A DNA stretch of 64,000 nucleotides from Ranitomeya imitator. Taxonomy: Eukaryota. The DNA lies in contig NC_091289.1 in the NCBI RefSeq assembly GCF_032444005.1, forward strand, positions 131,254,001 to 131,318,000, in the 5' to 3' direction. How positions within the stretch are numbered: the first letter of the stretch is position 1; each line of letters opens with the position of its first letter. A model generated the notes under the pieces. It did not search any database. It was given only the letters and a program-made list of their open reading frames with translations, and had not been told where the DNA came from. The translations under genes were made by a program, and so were the position numbers. Below, one piece after another: positions 38,299-50,200 of the stretch.

Positions 38299-39729
38299 TT
38301 ACAAAACCGTGCTGACTGGTTCTATTTAAAGGATTGGTTACCTACACATCTATGGCCCATGTATGCAGAGGTCACATAGAATATCAGCAAGGGGTGAATA
38401 TAGCACTTAAGAAGAGATGACTCTTAGCTTACTTAACTCTTCGCATTGTACACTTTTTAAATGGTAACCTAAAGTAACGCTTTTTACATGATGTGTCATT
38501 AATGAGAGAAATCTGACAAAGCTATAATGTTTTTCATATTCTTTTATACTTTCAATTGTGCTTCTTTTGGAAGATTAAGAAAAAAAAAAGTGAATTGAAG
38601 CAAAGCTGCTGCCACTTACAAGTCAGTCATTGGGATATTGCATTCTTTATTACTGTTATCAAGGTAAGACCAATCATAAGCACTAGGTGGCAGTATTGCC
38701 TAATCTATAGTACAGGAATGCCATGTAACTGCCTAGTGAGAATGTCTGGTGCTGCATTCTGCCCATCTGACACCTCCAAAGAGCTGAACTTCACAAAACT
38801 GGATGGAAATATATTATCTGCACAATGAAATTTTATCTATATAAAGGGGAAGGAAACAGTACAATGTACAAGCAAACCCAGAGTAGTCATTAAATAGTGG
38901 GAGTTTAACAAATGCTTCATATTCACCTGAGAATAGTGCGACATTAGTACAGAGTTCACAATTATCTACCAGTATAGTTATTTCTCAGGATTTTCTGATA
39001 ATGATGGCTCATCTGGTTTCTAGTAAACTTGCCCTATTCTAGTCTGTTTGCAGAGTAAATTGGATTGTGAACCTCACTGGGGAAAACAAGTGAGAGGCCA
39101 AAACAACTGAAAGGAGTTGTTCCAAGTTTGGAAGTTATTCCCTATACATGGGATTGGGGGCCAACTTTCCAATCGCTTGAGGTCTGATTGCTGCCCACCC
39201 CAATCCCAAGAGTGGGCTCTAAAGAGCCCCGACTGAAAGGAACAGGGACTGAGCATGTGCACATCCACACCATTCATACTCAGTAGAACAGGAGATAGCC
39301 ACCTCCCAACAGGCATGAATTGAGAAGAGGTACGCATGCTCGACTGCCTGTCCAAGGATTTTTTCATCTTTTTTTTATTTTAGCTTTAAGCACATTGTAG
39401 TAAGACAGTTATTAGGAGCCTGTTTAGATCCTGCTCACTTTACAAGAACCACACTCCAGGTCTGTGTTACCTCTTGCATGACTCCAATAGCTCTATATTC
39501 ACACTTCCCAACCACGTCAACCAATCAGGTGGTCCTGAGTTTGGGAAGTTGTCCCACTGTCCCAGCTTGGGGTATATCCTGGTTTGGGGTATGTCCCTAA
39601 TTTACTTATACATGTGTCAAGGCAAAAAGATCTAGCCAAATATAAGGTAGAGCAGAAAGCCAACAAGTACTTCCTGCACCGTTAAGTGTGGGCAAAGTCT
39701 GAAGATCCTGCAGAGTCCCCTGAGTCATG

Positions 39730-40045
39730 TGTGGTGCCCCGGGTCCTGGTCGTCACAGTAGCATTGCTTTCCTCACGGGGAGAGTGATGTTACATTTAGA
39801 GGCAAGAAGGGATAACTGTAACCAGGTAACCACAAGCATGCAACACATTCACACTCCAGACCACCAGGGGGAGCTTTTGATCCTATTTACTAGGTGACTC
39901 CCCATATATATGGTAGTTTTGGAGGGAAAGGTCAGAACAGTTCTTGCCAGGAAACAGACTGGATCAGTCTGAGGCAGAAGAGGGTTTACAGAGCTGTGTA
40001 GCCGCAGTGGTGCAGTTCCTGGAAAGAGAGATACAGAAAGCCGAA
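39730..40045 (+). mobile_element. Possible LTR fragment abutting the truncated transposase
   Basis: Begins TGTGGTGCCCC like amphibian Gypsy LTRs (recognised from memory); no second end or TSD found. Confidence 0.3.
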
Positions 40046-40052
40046 TATATGC

Positions 40053-40853
40053 ATGCAGAAACTTCAGGAAGTTGTGATGCCTGAGCCCAAACTGGAGGAT
40101 TGGCTCAAAATCGCCACTGGTTTCAAAAATACTTGTGACTTCCCTAACTGCATTGGAGCTGTGGATGGGAAACATATCAGGGTGCGTAAGCCGCCGAACT
40201 CTGGTTCCCAATTCTACAATTACAAACAGTTTTTCTCTGTAGTTCTGTTAGCAGTTGCTGACAGTAACTACAGGTTTATAATTGTAGACATTGGGGCCTA
40301 TGGGCGAACTGGAGACTCTAGGGTCTTCAATTCGTCCATAATGGGTCGGCGGCTACGTGACAACCAGTTGAACCTCCCATCACCACAACAACTCCCAGGC
40401 TCCAATGCGGAAGCAGTGCCTTTTGTTTTTGTTGGAGATGAGGCCTTCCAACGGACGAGGCACGTCATGAGGCCTTACCCTAGGCGCAACCTTGACCACC
40501 GGCGGAGGGTGTTTAATTTGAGACTTGCAAGGGCACGGAGACTGGTTGAGTGCGCCTTTGGGATTCTTGTTGCCAAATGGCGTGTTCTTCAGTCTGCCAT
40601 CCAGCTGAGTGAGGCTACAATCAATGAAGTGTTCAAAGCCTGTGTAATTCTACATAATTTCACAAGAATACATGATTGTTCCTCTCCAAATTTTGAAGAT
40701 CACCTCATGAACAATGTTAGTAGGCCTACCCCATATGTCCCTCCTTCGCGCCGTCCACTTTCTGGTCTTAAAGTTCGTGATGTCTTTACAAATTATTTTT
40801 TGAGTCCTCAAGGTGCTACTCCCTGGCAAGACTATGCATTTTTGCATGTTTAA
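40053..40853 (+). CDS. PIF/Harbinger (HARBI1-like, DDE_Tnp_4-type) transposase, C-terminal catalytic part only
   Basis: FPNCIGAVDGKH, VGDEAF and RRLVECAFG supply D, D, E; the N-terminal part is absent. Confidence 0.9.
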   Translation: MQKLQEVVMPEPKLEDWLKIATGFKNTCDFPNCIGAVDGKHIRVRKPPNSGSQFYNYKQFFSVVLLAVADSNYRFIIVDIGAYGRTGDSRVFNSSIMGRRLRDNQLNLPSPQQLPGSNAEAVPFVFVGDEAFQRTRHVMRPYPRRNLDHRRRVFNLRLARARRLVECAFGILVAKWRVLQSAIQLSEATINEVFKACVILHNFTRIHDCSSPNFEDHLMNNVSRPTPYVPPSRRPLSGLKVRDVFTNYFLSPQGATPWQDYAFLHV

Positions 40854-41214
40854 TTATTTGGATCTATGAAGTATGTGTTAACCAATTTAAAAACTCGGTC
40901 TGTTGTATTTAATTATTTCACATATGGTTGTCAGCATATCATGTGTGTGTGATGGTAGAATGATTCGAGCGCATCCAGACTTTGATTGGTAGTAATATAA
41001 CTTTTTACTGTAGAACATTTGTTATGTTTTTTTTTTTTTTGCCCATAACCAGATTTTGGCATCAAATTGGCCTTTTTTAGTGGCAACAAAATTATTTACA
41101 ACATCCACAATTAAGACTGCTATGTATGCACAATCTAAACCAATATTGTGGATAAAAGAATATAAACCACAAAAAAAAACAAGGAAAATTTAAAAAAAAA
41201 ACATACAAAAATAA

Positions 41215-44200
41215 TTACAAGTCCTGGTAGGTTGGTGCAGGAGATGTAGCTTGCTCAGGGTCAGCATCAGGTGGCCTTTGTAGGCCCAATTGTCCAGCAC
41301 CCTGTGCAGATGTTGTAGTGGCCTGAGGGACATTAGCCCAGCTATGATGCTGGAAAGTTTGAAGAGTGGGCCGAGGATTTGGGACATACCCCTGCTGTTG
41401 CTGACCATATGTCCGGGAATCATACCCCAACCCAAAATGACCATATTGTCCATACCCAGGTTGGGACCAGCCTCCAGCACTAGGTGAGGACAAGTGGCCA
41501 TATTGGGTTGTTTGATGATATCCAGCCATATGTTGCTGAGGTTGCCACTGTGGGTTCGTTGTGGGTTGGGGTTGAGGGGTTGGCTGACGTTGAGGGGGTG
41601 CTTCAGATCCTTGTTGAGCAGCCAGGCCTTGTAATCTCTGAAGCCGCAGAATATTTTCAGGTGACATCTGCCACTGTTCAATCATCTGCAAGAGATTGTA
41701 TGGGTTATTTGGGGGGGTGCATGCGTCAATAAGGATCTGAAAACACCCTCTCAAACGCAGCCTCAACTCCCGCTCTATGGACCTTAAGTACTGGGCAAGG
41801 CTCCTTGTAAATCCCTCCTCCCCATCATCCTCTCGAAACCGTGCCAAATAGTTCATGACCCCAGCATCAACATTTCGCCGGCTTTGGATCAGCTCTCTCC
41901 TGCGGCGTGAACGCTGTGGTCTGACTGCAGCCTGTGGGGATGGATCCAGGGCAACAGTTGGGCTGCTGCTATTTCCAGGGTCATCCTGGCTAGGTGGTGG
42001 TGCTGCTGCTGATGATGCTGCGGCGGAAGATGCAAACTCTGGGGCCTCTGGGTGTGGTTCTGATGCAGATGGAGCTGCCTGGCCAGATATGGAGGATCCA
42101 TGAGGGATGGAGCCGGAGGGAGCAGCAGATGGACCAGCCACCTCTTCACCTTCCCCAACTGGGTCAATGACCAGCTCTGACTCAGACCCTGTCTCCCTGT
42201 CAGTGAGGTTAGACTGAGTTCTGAAAACGAAAAATTTATATTTAATCAAAATTTTAATGAAAATTTGTATCAAAAGACTTAACAAAAACAGTGAGTGATG
42301 TTTGTACTTACGGCCTGAGGTCCATGCTGGGGTTAAGGAAGGTTAGGCGGTCGAAGTAGACGTATTTTCTTTTTTTAGGAGGTGCCCCGGCTCCACTTTT
42401 CTCCCGCTGCTGCCTCTCCCTCCTATACTGGTCACGGATACTCCGCCACCTTGTTGTAACATCACCCACTAAAACAACAAAAAATAAACACATTCATTAC
42501 ACCATTATGTAGATTGCTCACACAAGGTGAAATTGAATACACAGATTTAAGTGTAGCATACAAATAGGCATTTGTGGAGCACATTTAATATTAAATTTAA
42601 AAACCACACACACAATTATCAAGCAAGGCCACAAGGACAGAGTCCCCTAACCTCTATCACAGAAAAGACAATTAATGGGAAACACTGTTAGTAAGGGTAC
42701 CGTCACACAGTGCAATTTTGATCGCTACGACGGTACGATTCGTGACGTTACATCGTCGCACAATTATCGCTCCAACATCGTAGATTGCGGTCACACTTCG
42801 CAATGCACGGTGCTGAAGCGATAATTTCATGACGTATTTGCGATGTAGAAGTCGTATGGGACAGTCGTACGGTCGTGTCACACAAGACGATTCAGAGCAC
42901 ATTTTGCATAATCTGTGCGTGACGTTGTTCATTAGGGGCGTGTTGTGCTGCTAGCTAGTGTGCTGATAGGCCACAGGTTCTGTGCATACAATTGGTTGGA
43001 AAATTTGTCACCTGAGCGCTATTGTTCCCAATGCCACCTCACTGCTTTCAAAATTTCCTTTCTTCACTTCGTACTTGGACACTTGGTGGACCTGGACATC
43101 GGATTTTTGTACTTCTCAGAATATACCACGCTTTGCGCCGCAGCTTCGAGGTATGTAAACCGCTTGGGCGTGGTGGATGGAACGCTGTATGGTCAGCATG
43201 AGTGCTTCGTTCCGCCGCTGAAGCGAAGCGGATGGTACGCTGTTGTGACTGGAGGGCTACAGCGTGGCAGATGGTACGCTGTATGGTCGGCAGGAGCACT
43301 TCGTTCCGCCGCTGAAGCGAAGCGGATGGTACGTTGTTGTGACTGGTGGGCTACAGCGTGGCAAATGGAACAATGTATGGTTGGCATGAGTGCTTTGTGC
43401 GACTGCTTGTATGTATGTGGTGGTTCGCTGCGACAATGTGTGTAATGTGTTTATTGTGCGACTGCTGTAGCGAAGCGGGTGGTACGCTGTTGTGGGTTAT
43501 GATGGCCTAGGGCTAGGGCGTGGCAGGTGGAACAATGTATGTTCGGCATGAGTGCTTTGTGCAACTGCTGTAGTGAAGCGGGTGGTACGCTGTTGTGGGT
43601 TATGGTGGCCTAGGGCGTGGCAGATGGAACAATGTATGGTCGGCATGAGTGCATTGTGCGGCTGCTGTAGCCAAGCGGGTGGTACGCTGTTGTGGGTTAT
43701 GGTGGCCTAGGGCGTGGCATATGGGAAAATGAATGCTGTTTTTCAAAGTGGCGTTTGCACCTCTGTGACCTTTTTTTCTATTTTTTGTCCACCTTTCGCT
43801 GTTGCTGTTTTAATATACTATTTGTCAAACGCCTAACTTTATTTTTTTTTATTTTTACAGATGTCAAATCGTATAGAATTTATACGCGAGTTCCTGGAGA
43901 TCTACCAGTCTTTTCCATGCCTTTGGAAGATAAAATTGCCTGATTATTCAAACAGGGAAAAGCGTAAGGCCGGATATTCAAAGCTGATCGAATTATACAA
44001 TCTCCATGCACCGGAAGAGCAAGCCACAGAAACAGTAGTAAAGAAGAAAATTCAGGCGCTGCGCACGGTCTGGAGGAAGGAGCTCAATAAGGTCCTTCAC
44101 AATTCCAAGTCTGGGTCTTCAACAGAAGAGGTTTATGTCCCGAAGCTATGGTATTTTGATTACCTTAATTTTCTTCGGGACCAAGAGGTGCCACGGTCAT

Positions 44201-47200
44201 CAACGTGTTTGCGGTTGTTGGCATCCGTGGAACCGACAGTACCTCAGAACCACGTCGAGCTGGACTCACAAGGGCAACCAGTAAGTACATCTTTGCAGCA
44301 CTGTTTCACCAATGTGGCCTATAATTAAATATTATTTTTCAGCATTTTCTCCATCTGATTATACCATGAATTCGAAGTTTTATCATTTTTCTGTACAGAC
44401 CATAACCCTGTCGCAGAAAAGTATTACATGGCGACCTTCTTAACCCATACCATCTATATATAGCAACTTTTCACATGTATACGAATATATATTTTTTATG
44501 CGGTTAGGGTGGTGTACCTCGTTTCTTTTTTGTTTTTAATATTTTCCTTTTTTATTTTCTCCCTAGGAGGAGAGTGCACAGGACAGTGGACAGGACAGTG
44601 CACAGGACAATGCACAGGACTGCTCCACAAGTCAAATAGTGGAGGCTGCACCTGCACGGAGTCAATGGAGGCAGGGTTCAAGGAAGCGGAAAGCCACCTC
44701 GGACGTCTCCCATGAACTGTTGAGCATGGCCAAAAATGTGTTGACGCGCAAAACCAGCCCTGCTTTGGAGGGTTTTGGACTCTACATCGCTGATAAACTT
44801 TCTACAATGGAAGCAAGGCAGCGAACTTTAACCGAGCGTCTTATTTTTGAGGCTGTTAGTAAGGGATTGGATGGCAGTTTGGATGAAAACACACGGTTGG
44901 TTTCTTCCCGTCCAATCGAGCGGCCAGAGTCCGCATATTGTCCACCATATTGGCCACAAACACCATTACGGCCCAATTTCCCCGTGTCCCACTTTGGCCC
45001 GTCACCCCAAAACTCATACCCGACAATGCCGTCTCACATTTCTTCGCCCATCAGGCACCTTCATGTTCGCAACGAAGATTCGGTGTATCACGATTTGTGA
45101 TTTTTTTTTTTTGTTTTCTTACGGATTTTTAAATTGTAATGTTGTTAAGAATTGGTTCATAATAAAAACTTTTCATTTAACTTCACTCTCAACAGCTTGA
45201 TTGGTGGGATATATATATATATTTTTAAAGTAACAAACTTTTTTTAGCTGTACAACACACAACCAAAAATGTTCAGACACTTGGTTTCTATTTTGGCCCC
45301 GCCGCCAACTGTTGGCACATGTCCCGAAGCTTCTGCAGCTCCCCCATTGCCACATTCTGCTGCTCCTGAATCCGCGCCATAGTGTGGATAAGCCTTTCTA
45401 TTCCGGCTTCCAGATCCTCCTTGTTCACACTGACGTCAGCTGTGGGTCAAAAAACATAACATTAATAACACAGTAGTCTCCCGATGTGTCTTTGCTTCTG
45501 TGAAGGAAAAAAACAAAACTGTCAGCATATATGGCAATACTGACTGCGGGGGGGGGGGGAGGGGGGAGGGGGGAGGGTTTGGGGGTGAAAGAGGGGGCCT
45601 GCAACCAAATCAAAATCACTTTATTGTGGGAACCTACTAGGATGTTGAGGCACGGAGGGCACTTCGGGATCAGAGTCCGTGTCGAATGCCTCGTGCTGTC
45701 GGCGGCGGCGCTGTTTCTTTGCCTCTGTGAAGGTTAAAAAAAAAAAAGGTCTGTCAGCATATATGGCAACACTGGCTGCCGGGGGAGGGGGGGGGGGGAA
45801 GAGGGGACCTGCAACCAAATCCAAATCACATTATTGTGGGAACCTACTAGGATCTGGAGGAGTTGAACCTGAGGGCTCTGGGACATCAGAGGCGGTGTGT
45901 GATGCCTCGTGGCGGCGGCGCTGTGTCTTTGCATCTGTGAAGGGAAAAAAAAAAAAAAAAAAAGGTCTGTTAGCATATATGGCAACACTGGCTGCCGGGG
46001 GAGGGGAGGGGGAAAGGGGACCTGCAACCAAATCCAAATCACATTATTGTGGGAACCTACTAGGATCAGTTGTCGTTGACCCGGAGGGCACTGATCCAGA
46101 AGAGGCTGTGCGGGATGCCTCGTGGCGGCGGTGCTGTGTCTTTGCCTCTGTGAAGGAAAAAAAAAAAGGTCTGTTAGCATATATGGCAACACTGGCTGCC
46201 GGGGGGGGGAAGGGGACCTGCAACCAAATCCAAATCACATTATTGTGGGAACCTACTAGGATCAGTTGTCGTTGACCCGGAGGGCACTGGGACAGTTGAC
46301 CCGGAGGGCACAGATCCAGAAGAGGCTATGCGGGATGCCTCGTGGCGGCGGCGCTGTCTCTTTGCCTCTGTGAAGGAAAAAAAAAAGTTCGGTCAGCAGT
46401 TAGCTGTGCCACATAGTACTTTTCACCGTTCATATTGCCCCAAAGCTGTGGCACATAGTGGCTCTGCAACGTTCAAACTGTCCCATAGCTGTGCCACATA
46501 GTGGCTCTGCAACGTTCAAACTGCCCCATAGCTGTGGCACATAGTGGCTCTGCAACGTTCAAACTGTCCCATAGCTGTGCCACATAGTGGCTCTGCAACT
46601 TTCAAACTGCCCCATAGCTGTGCCACATAGTGGCTCTGCAACGTTCAAACTGTCCCATAGCTGTGGCACATAGTGGCTCTGCAACGTTCAAACTGTCCCA
46701 TAGCTGTGCCACATAGTGGCTCTGCAACGTTCAAACTTCCCCAAAGCTGTGGCACATAGTGGCTCTGCAACGTTCAAACTGTCTCATAGCTGTGGCACAT
46801 AGTGGCTCTGCAACGTTCAAACTGCCCCATAGCTGTGCCACATACTTTTGGGTACCTGCGTACTGACCTCTGCGACTCTTCTGGCGAAGCTCCTGCAGGC
46901 GCTCTGGGCTTTTGGACTTGAGATCGCCCCATTTTTTAACAATCTGGGCCTTGCTGCGAGTTATCCCAAACCGCTTCCTGAGGCCCTCAGACACCACACG
47001 GACAACTTCCTCCTTGTGCTGGTTGCGGTGCAGCACCAGCCCTGTTGTTTCGTACTGCATCCGATCCATTGTTCCAATAAGGAACTTGAGCTCTGGGATG
47101 CCCATAGGAGGATCACGGCGACTGGCAGCCATTATCAGGATGTCAGGGAACCAAAACAAGCTAGCGCAGGCACGCCGGAACGCTGTAACGTCATCACGCC

Positions 47201-50200
47201 GTCATAGACCACGAGCGTACATTACGTGCCGCTCCGGCGTTATATAACCATCCTTCGAACGGCATTTACTATGTGCGTTCCTTCCGTACCGCTCAGCCGT
47301 CACAAATGTGACGCTGTCCATAAACGGCAACGCTATTGCGATGCCGATCGTGCGGCAGGACGGCGGAGTCAAGCTCCTCCTCTGGGCATTGACGTTCAGG
47401 GTCATTCAATCTAAAATGGCGGCGAGATTGCGTTCTGCTCCTCTGGGGCAGCCAGAGCTCCTTTTTTTTGTTAGCAAGATGGATGCCCTGGATTATGAGG
47501 GTCTGGAGAGTCGGCCTGCCCACCCAAACATCCACAAGCGGGAAGTGCTTGGCCGCATTAGCAGAATGATGAAGAGGAGGTTTGGCGTCCACCGCAGTCA
47601 GCTTCAGCTGCGGAAAAAGTGGGCTGACCTCCGCTACAAAACGCCACAAATGTTTGCTGAGTTGCGTGCGGAGGCAAGGCGAGGCAAGTACTAGTATGGG
47701 GGGATTGGGAGATGCATGGTGTCAGGAGGGGGGGGGGATTGGGAGGGAGGCTTGCACTCATGGTTGCCAACGTGACCTCAAATGAATTTAAAAACATGCC
47801 CCGTTTTTGTAAAATTTAGTTATTTTCCAAGCAGAATATGCGTTGTCCGTGAGAAAACTTGTCGGGTTCCCTAATCTCAACCACCATCTTGAAATTATTA
47901 AGATGTCCGTAATTTTTAGTTTCTCAATTTACCAAAAATATTATCTGAGGAGGTTGGCCTACAGATGAAATAATACGTTTTCCAAAGACAGGCAGACCAT
48001 TGAACACCAGAGCCCACAGACATGTCAGAGTATCGCACCCCTGTAAAGTGTGATCTCTATTTTATGTTTCAGTATATTGTAAGCTTTGATCTGCAGCACT
48101 CAACATTTGTGTGTAAACATTGTGATTCTTTACTTTAGGTGTAGAGAGACAGCGGCGGCAAGTGATACCAGCCATTGCCACCAGTACCCCATCTTCTGAC
48201 ACCAGTGGGAGCCCACAGTCCGGGACATCACGTAAGTTCACAATCATTGATTGCATTTTTTTTAACATCATACGGGACATAACAGGGTAGCTGAAATATT
48301 TGAAGACATTACCGGCGCAGTAATGACCAGGCGGCCTACCACACCTCCACCATCTGTTGCGACCATGCACCCTCGCACCCCTGTGAAGTGTGATATAAAT
48401 TTTCAGTTTCAGTATATTGTTAGCTTTGATCTGCAGCACTCTACATCTGTTTTTAAAGATTGCGTTTGTTTACTTTATGTGTAGAGAGACAGCGGCGGCA
48501 ACGGATACCAGCCATAGCCAGCAGTACCACACCTTCCGCCACGAGTGGGAGCCCAGAGCCCGGGACGTCACGTAAGTTAACAATCATTGATTGCAATTTT
48601 TTTGTACCTGCATACGTGTCATAAGAGGGTTGCGGAAATATTTGAATACATTTCAGACGCAGTAATGACCCAGCGGCCTACCACGCCTCCACCATCTTTA
48701 GAGAGCAGGCGGCCTCGCACCCCTACACCACCCTCAACACCTCCCTTCCGCCACTCTTCTTCCTCCCCCGGGTCGGCGGCATTCTCCCCAGAAGCTAACA
48801 TACGTAAGTGACCAAAACAGCGAGCGCTTCACAACGGCGTGTTCCATAGTTAACCAGATCTGTTATTATTTCCTTTTAGGTGCTGCAGCAGTGGCCAGAT
48901 CTCTGGGATGGGAAATTAGCAGCTCTGGTTCTGGCAATGAGGAACCGGCGTCCCTTCTCCGTAAGTATCAAGATAATACGAGTGGTTTTCTGCTGGATGT
49001 CACAATAGACAACTAAAACTGTAAAATTTAATAAAATAAACATCGCCCTGTGGGGCCAGACCAAATTGAAATTTACAACACACTAAATTTGGTCCTGCCC
49101 CAGAGGTCGAGATGTATTTTCAGCGGAATCACCGTTAGTTCTCCAACCTCTTCTATCCACAGAACCATCCACCGTGAGAGAGCTCATGGCGAGACAATTG
49201 CGCCTGGAGCGGACAGCAGCGCTCCTGCAGCAGACAGCAGCGCTCCTCCAGGCTCAAGTAGAGCAGCAGGGCGTGACGCTGCAACACCTGTTGGGCCGTG
49301 GAAGGAGATAATTTTTTTTTTTTTGGTTATGTAATATTTTGTTGTTAAATAGTTAAATACCAAGAAATTGTTACAAAAAAACAAAAAATCTTCGCATTCT
49401 TTCTTTAATGTTTACCGAGCTATGAGGGTTAACAGCACCATTTTATAGGCATCTCATTTAAAGTAATTTAGAGAGGTTTATATGATTTAAAATACGATTA
49501 TGTGTGGGTAAACCATTGATTGGGTGCATGCATGGCAGAGCTTGAAATGGAAGGAAGTCGCCATTTGACTTTGGAATGCAATCTAGACCGATCGCTGTAA
49601 CGTACTATCCCGTCAATGGGGATTATCGAGTCACAGGACACCTTGACGGAATAGGACGTCATATGAGTTGCCCACTTTATCTAAACTGAACAACCAAGAA
49701 TTACGGGAGTAATAAATACAATTTAATTTTATTACACAAAAGACAGTGACCTACTCGCCATATTAAATTGTGGACACGAAAGCATAACCTACATATTGTT
49801 GAGTAAACAGCAAAGCAAAAAGAAATATTTTTTTATACGGCGCGATCCTGCCAGGGTACAGCTCCAGAACCATTAAAGTACTGACAGTATTTTTCGCGAC
49901 AGTCCCTTGCATCGTCTGCCTGTCTGCCAGATCCAAGTGCTTGAAGAGCTGTTAAATTATCAGGTTGTGTACGCCATTCCCCGGGCACAATATCTCCGGT
50001 TCTTGGGTCCACTGCATCAATAAACGAAGGAGGAGAATAGGAGCTCGTATCATGACGTCTCAGGAAATTATGGAGCACACAGCATGCCAAAACCACAAAG
50101 TCTATAGACGGCAGCTTCAAGTTGATAGCTGTGTGGAACACTCTAAACCAATTCGCCATAATCCCAAAGGCATTTTCAACCACACGACGGGCCCTCGACA

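Noticed and set aside
46402-46845. Regular 43-bp array as a possible CRISPR
   Set aside because: No unique spacers, no cas genes, eukaryotic intronic context.
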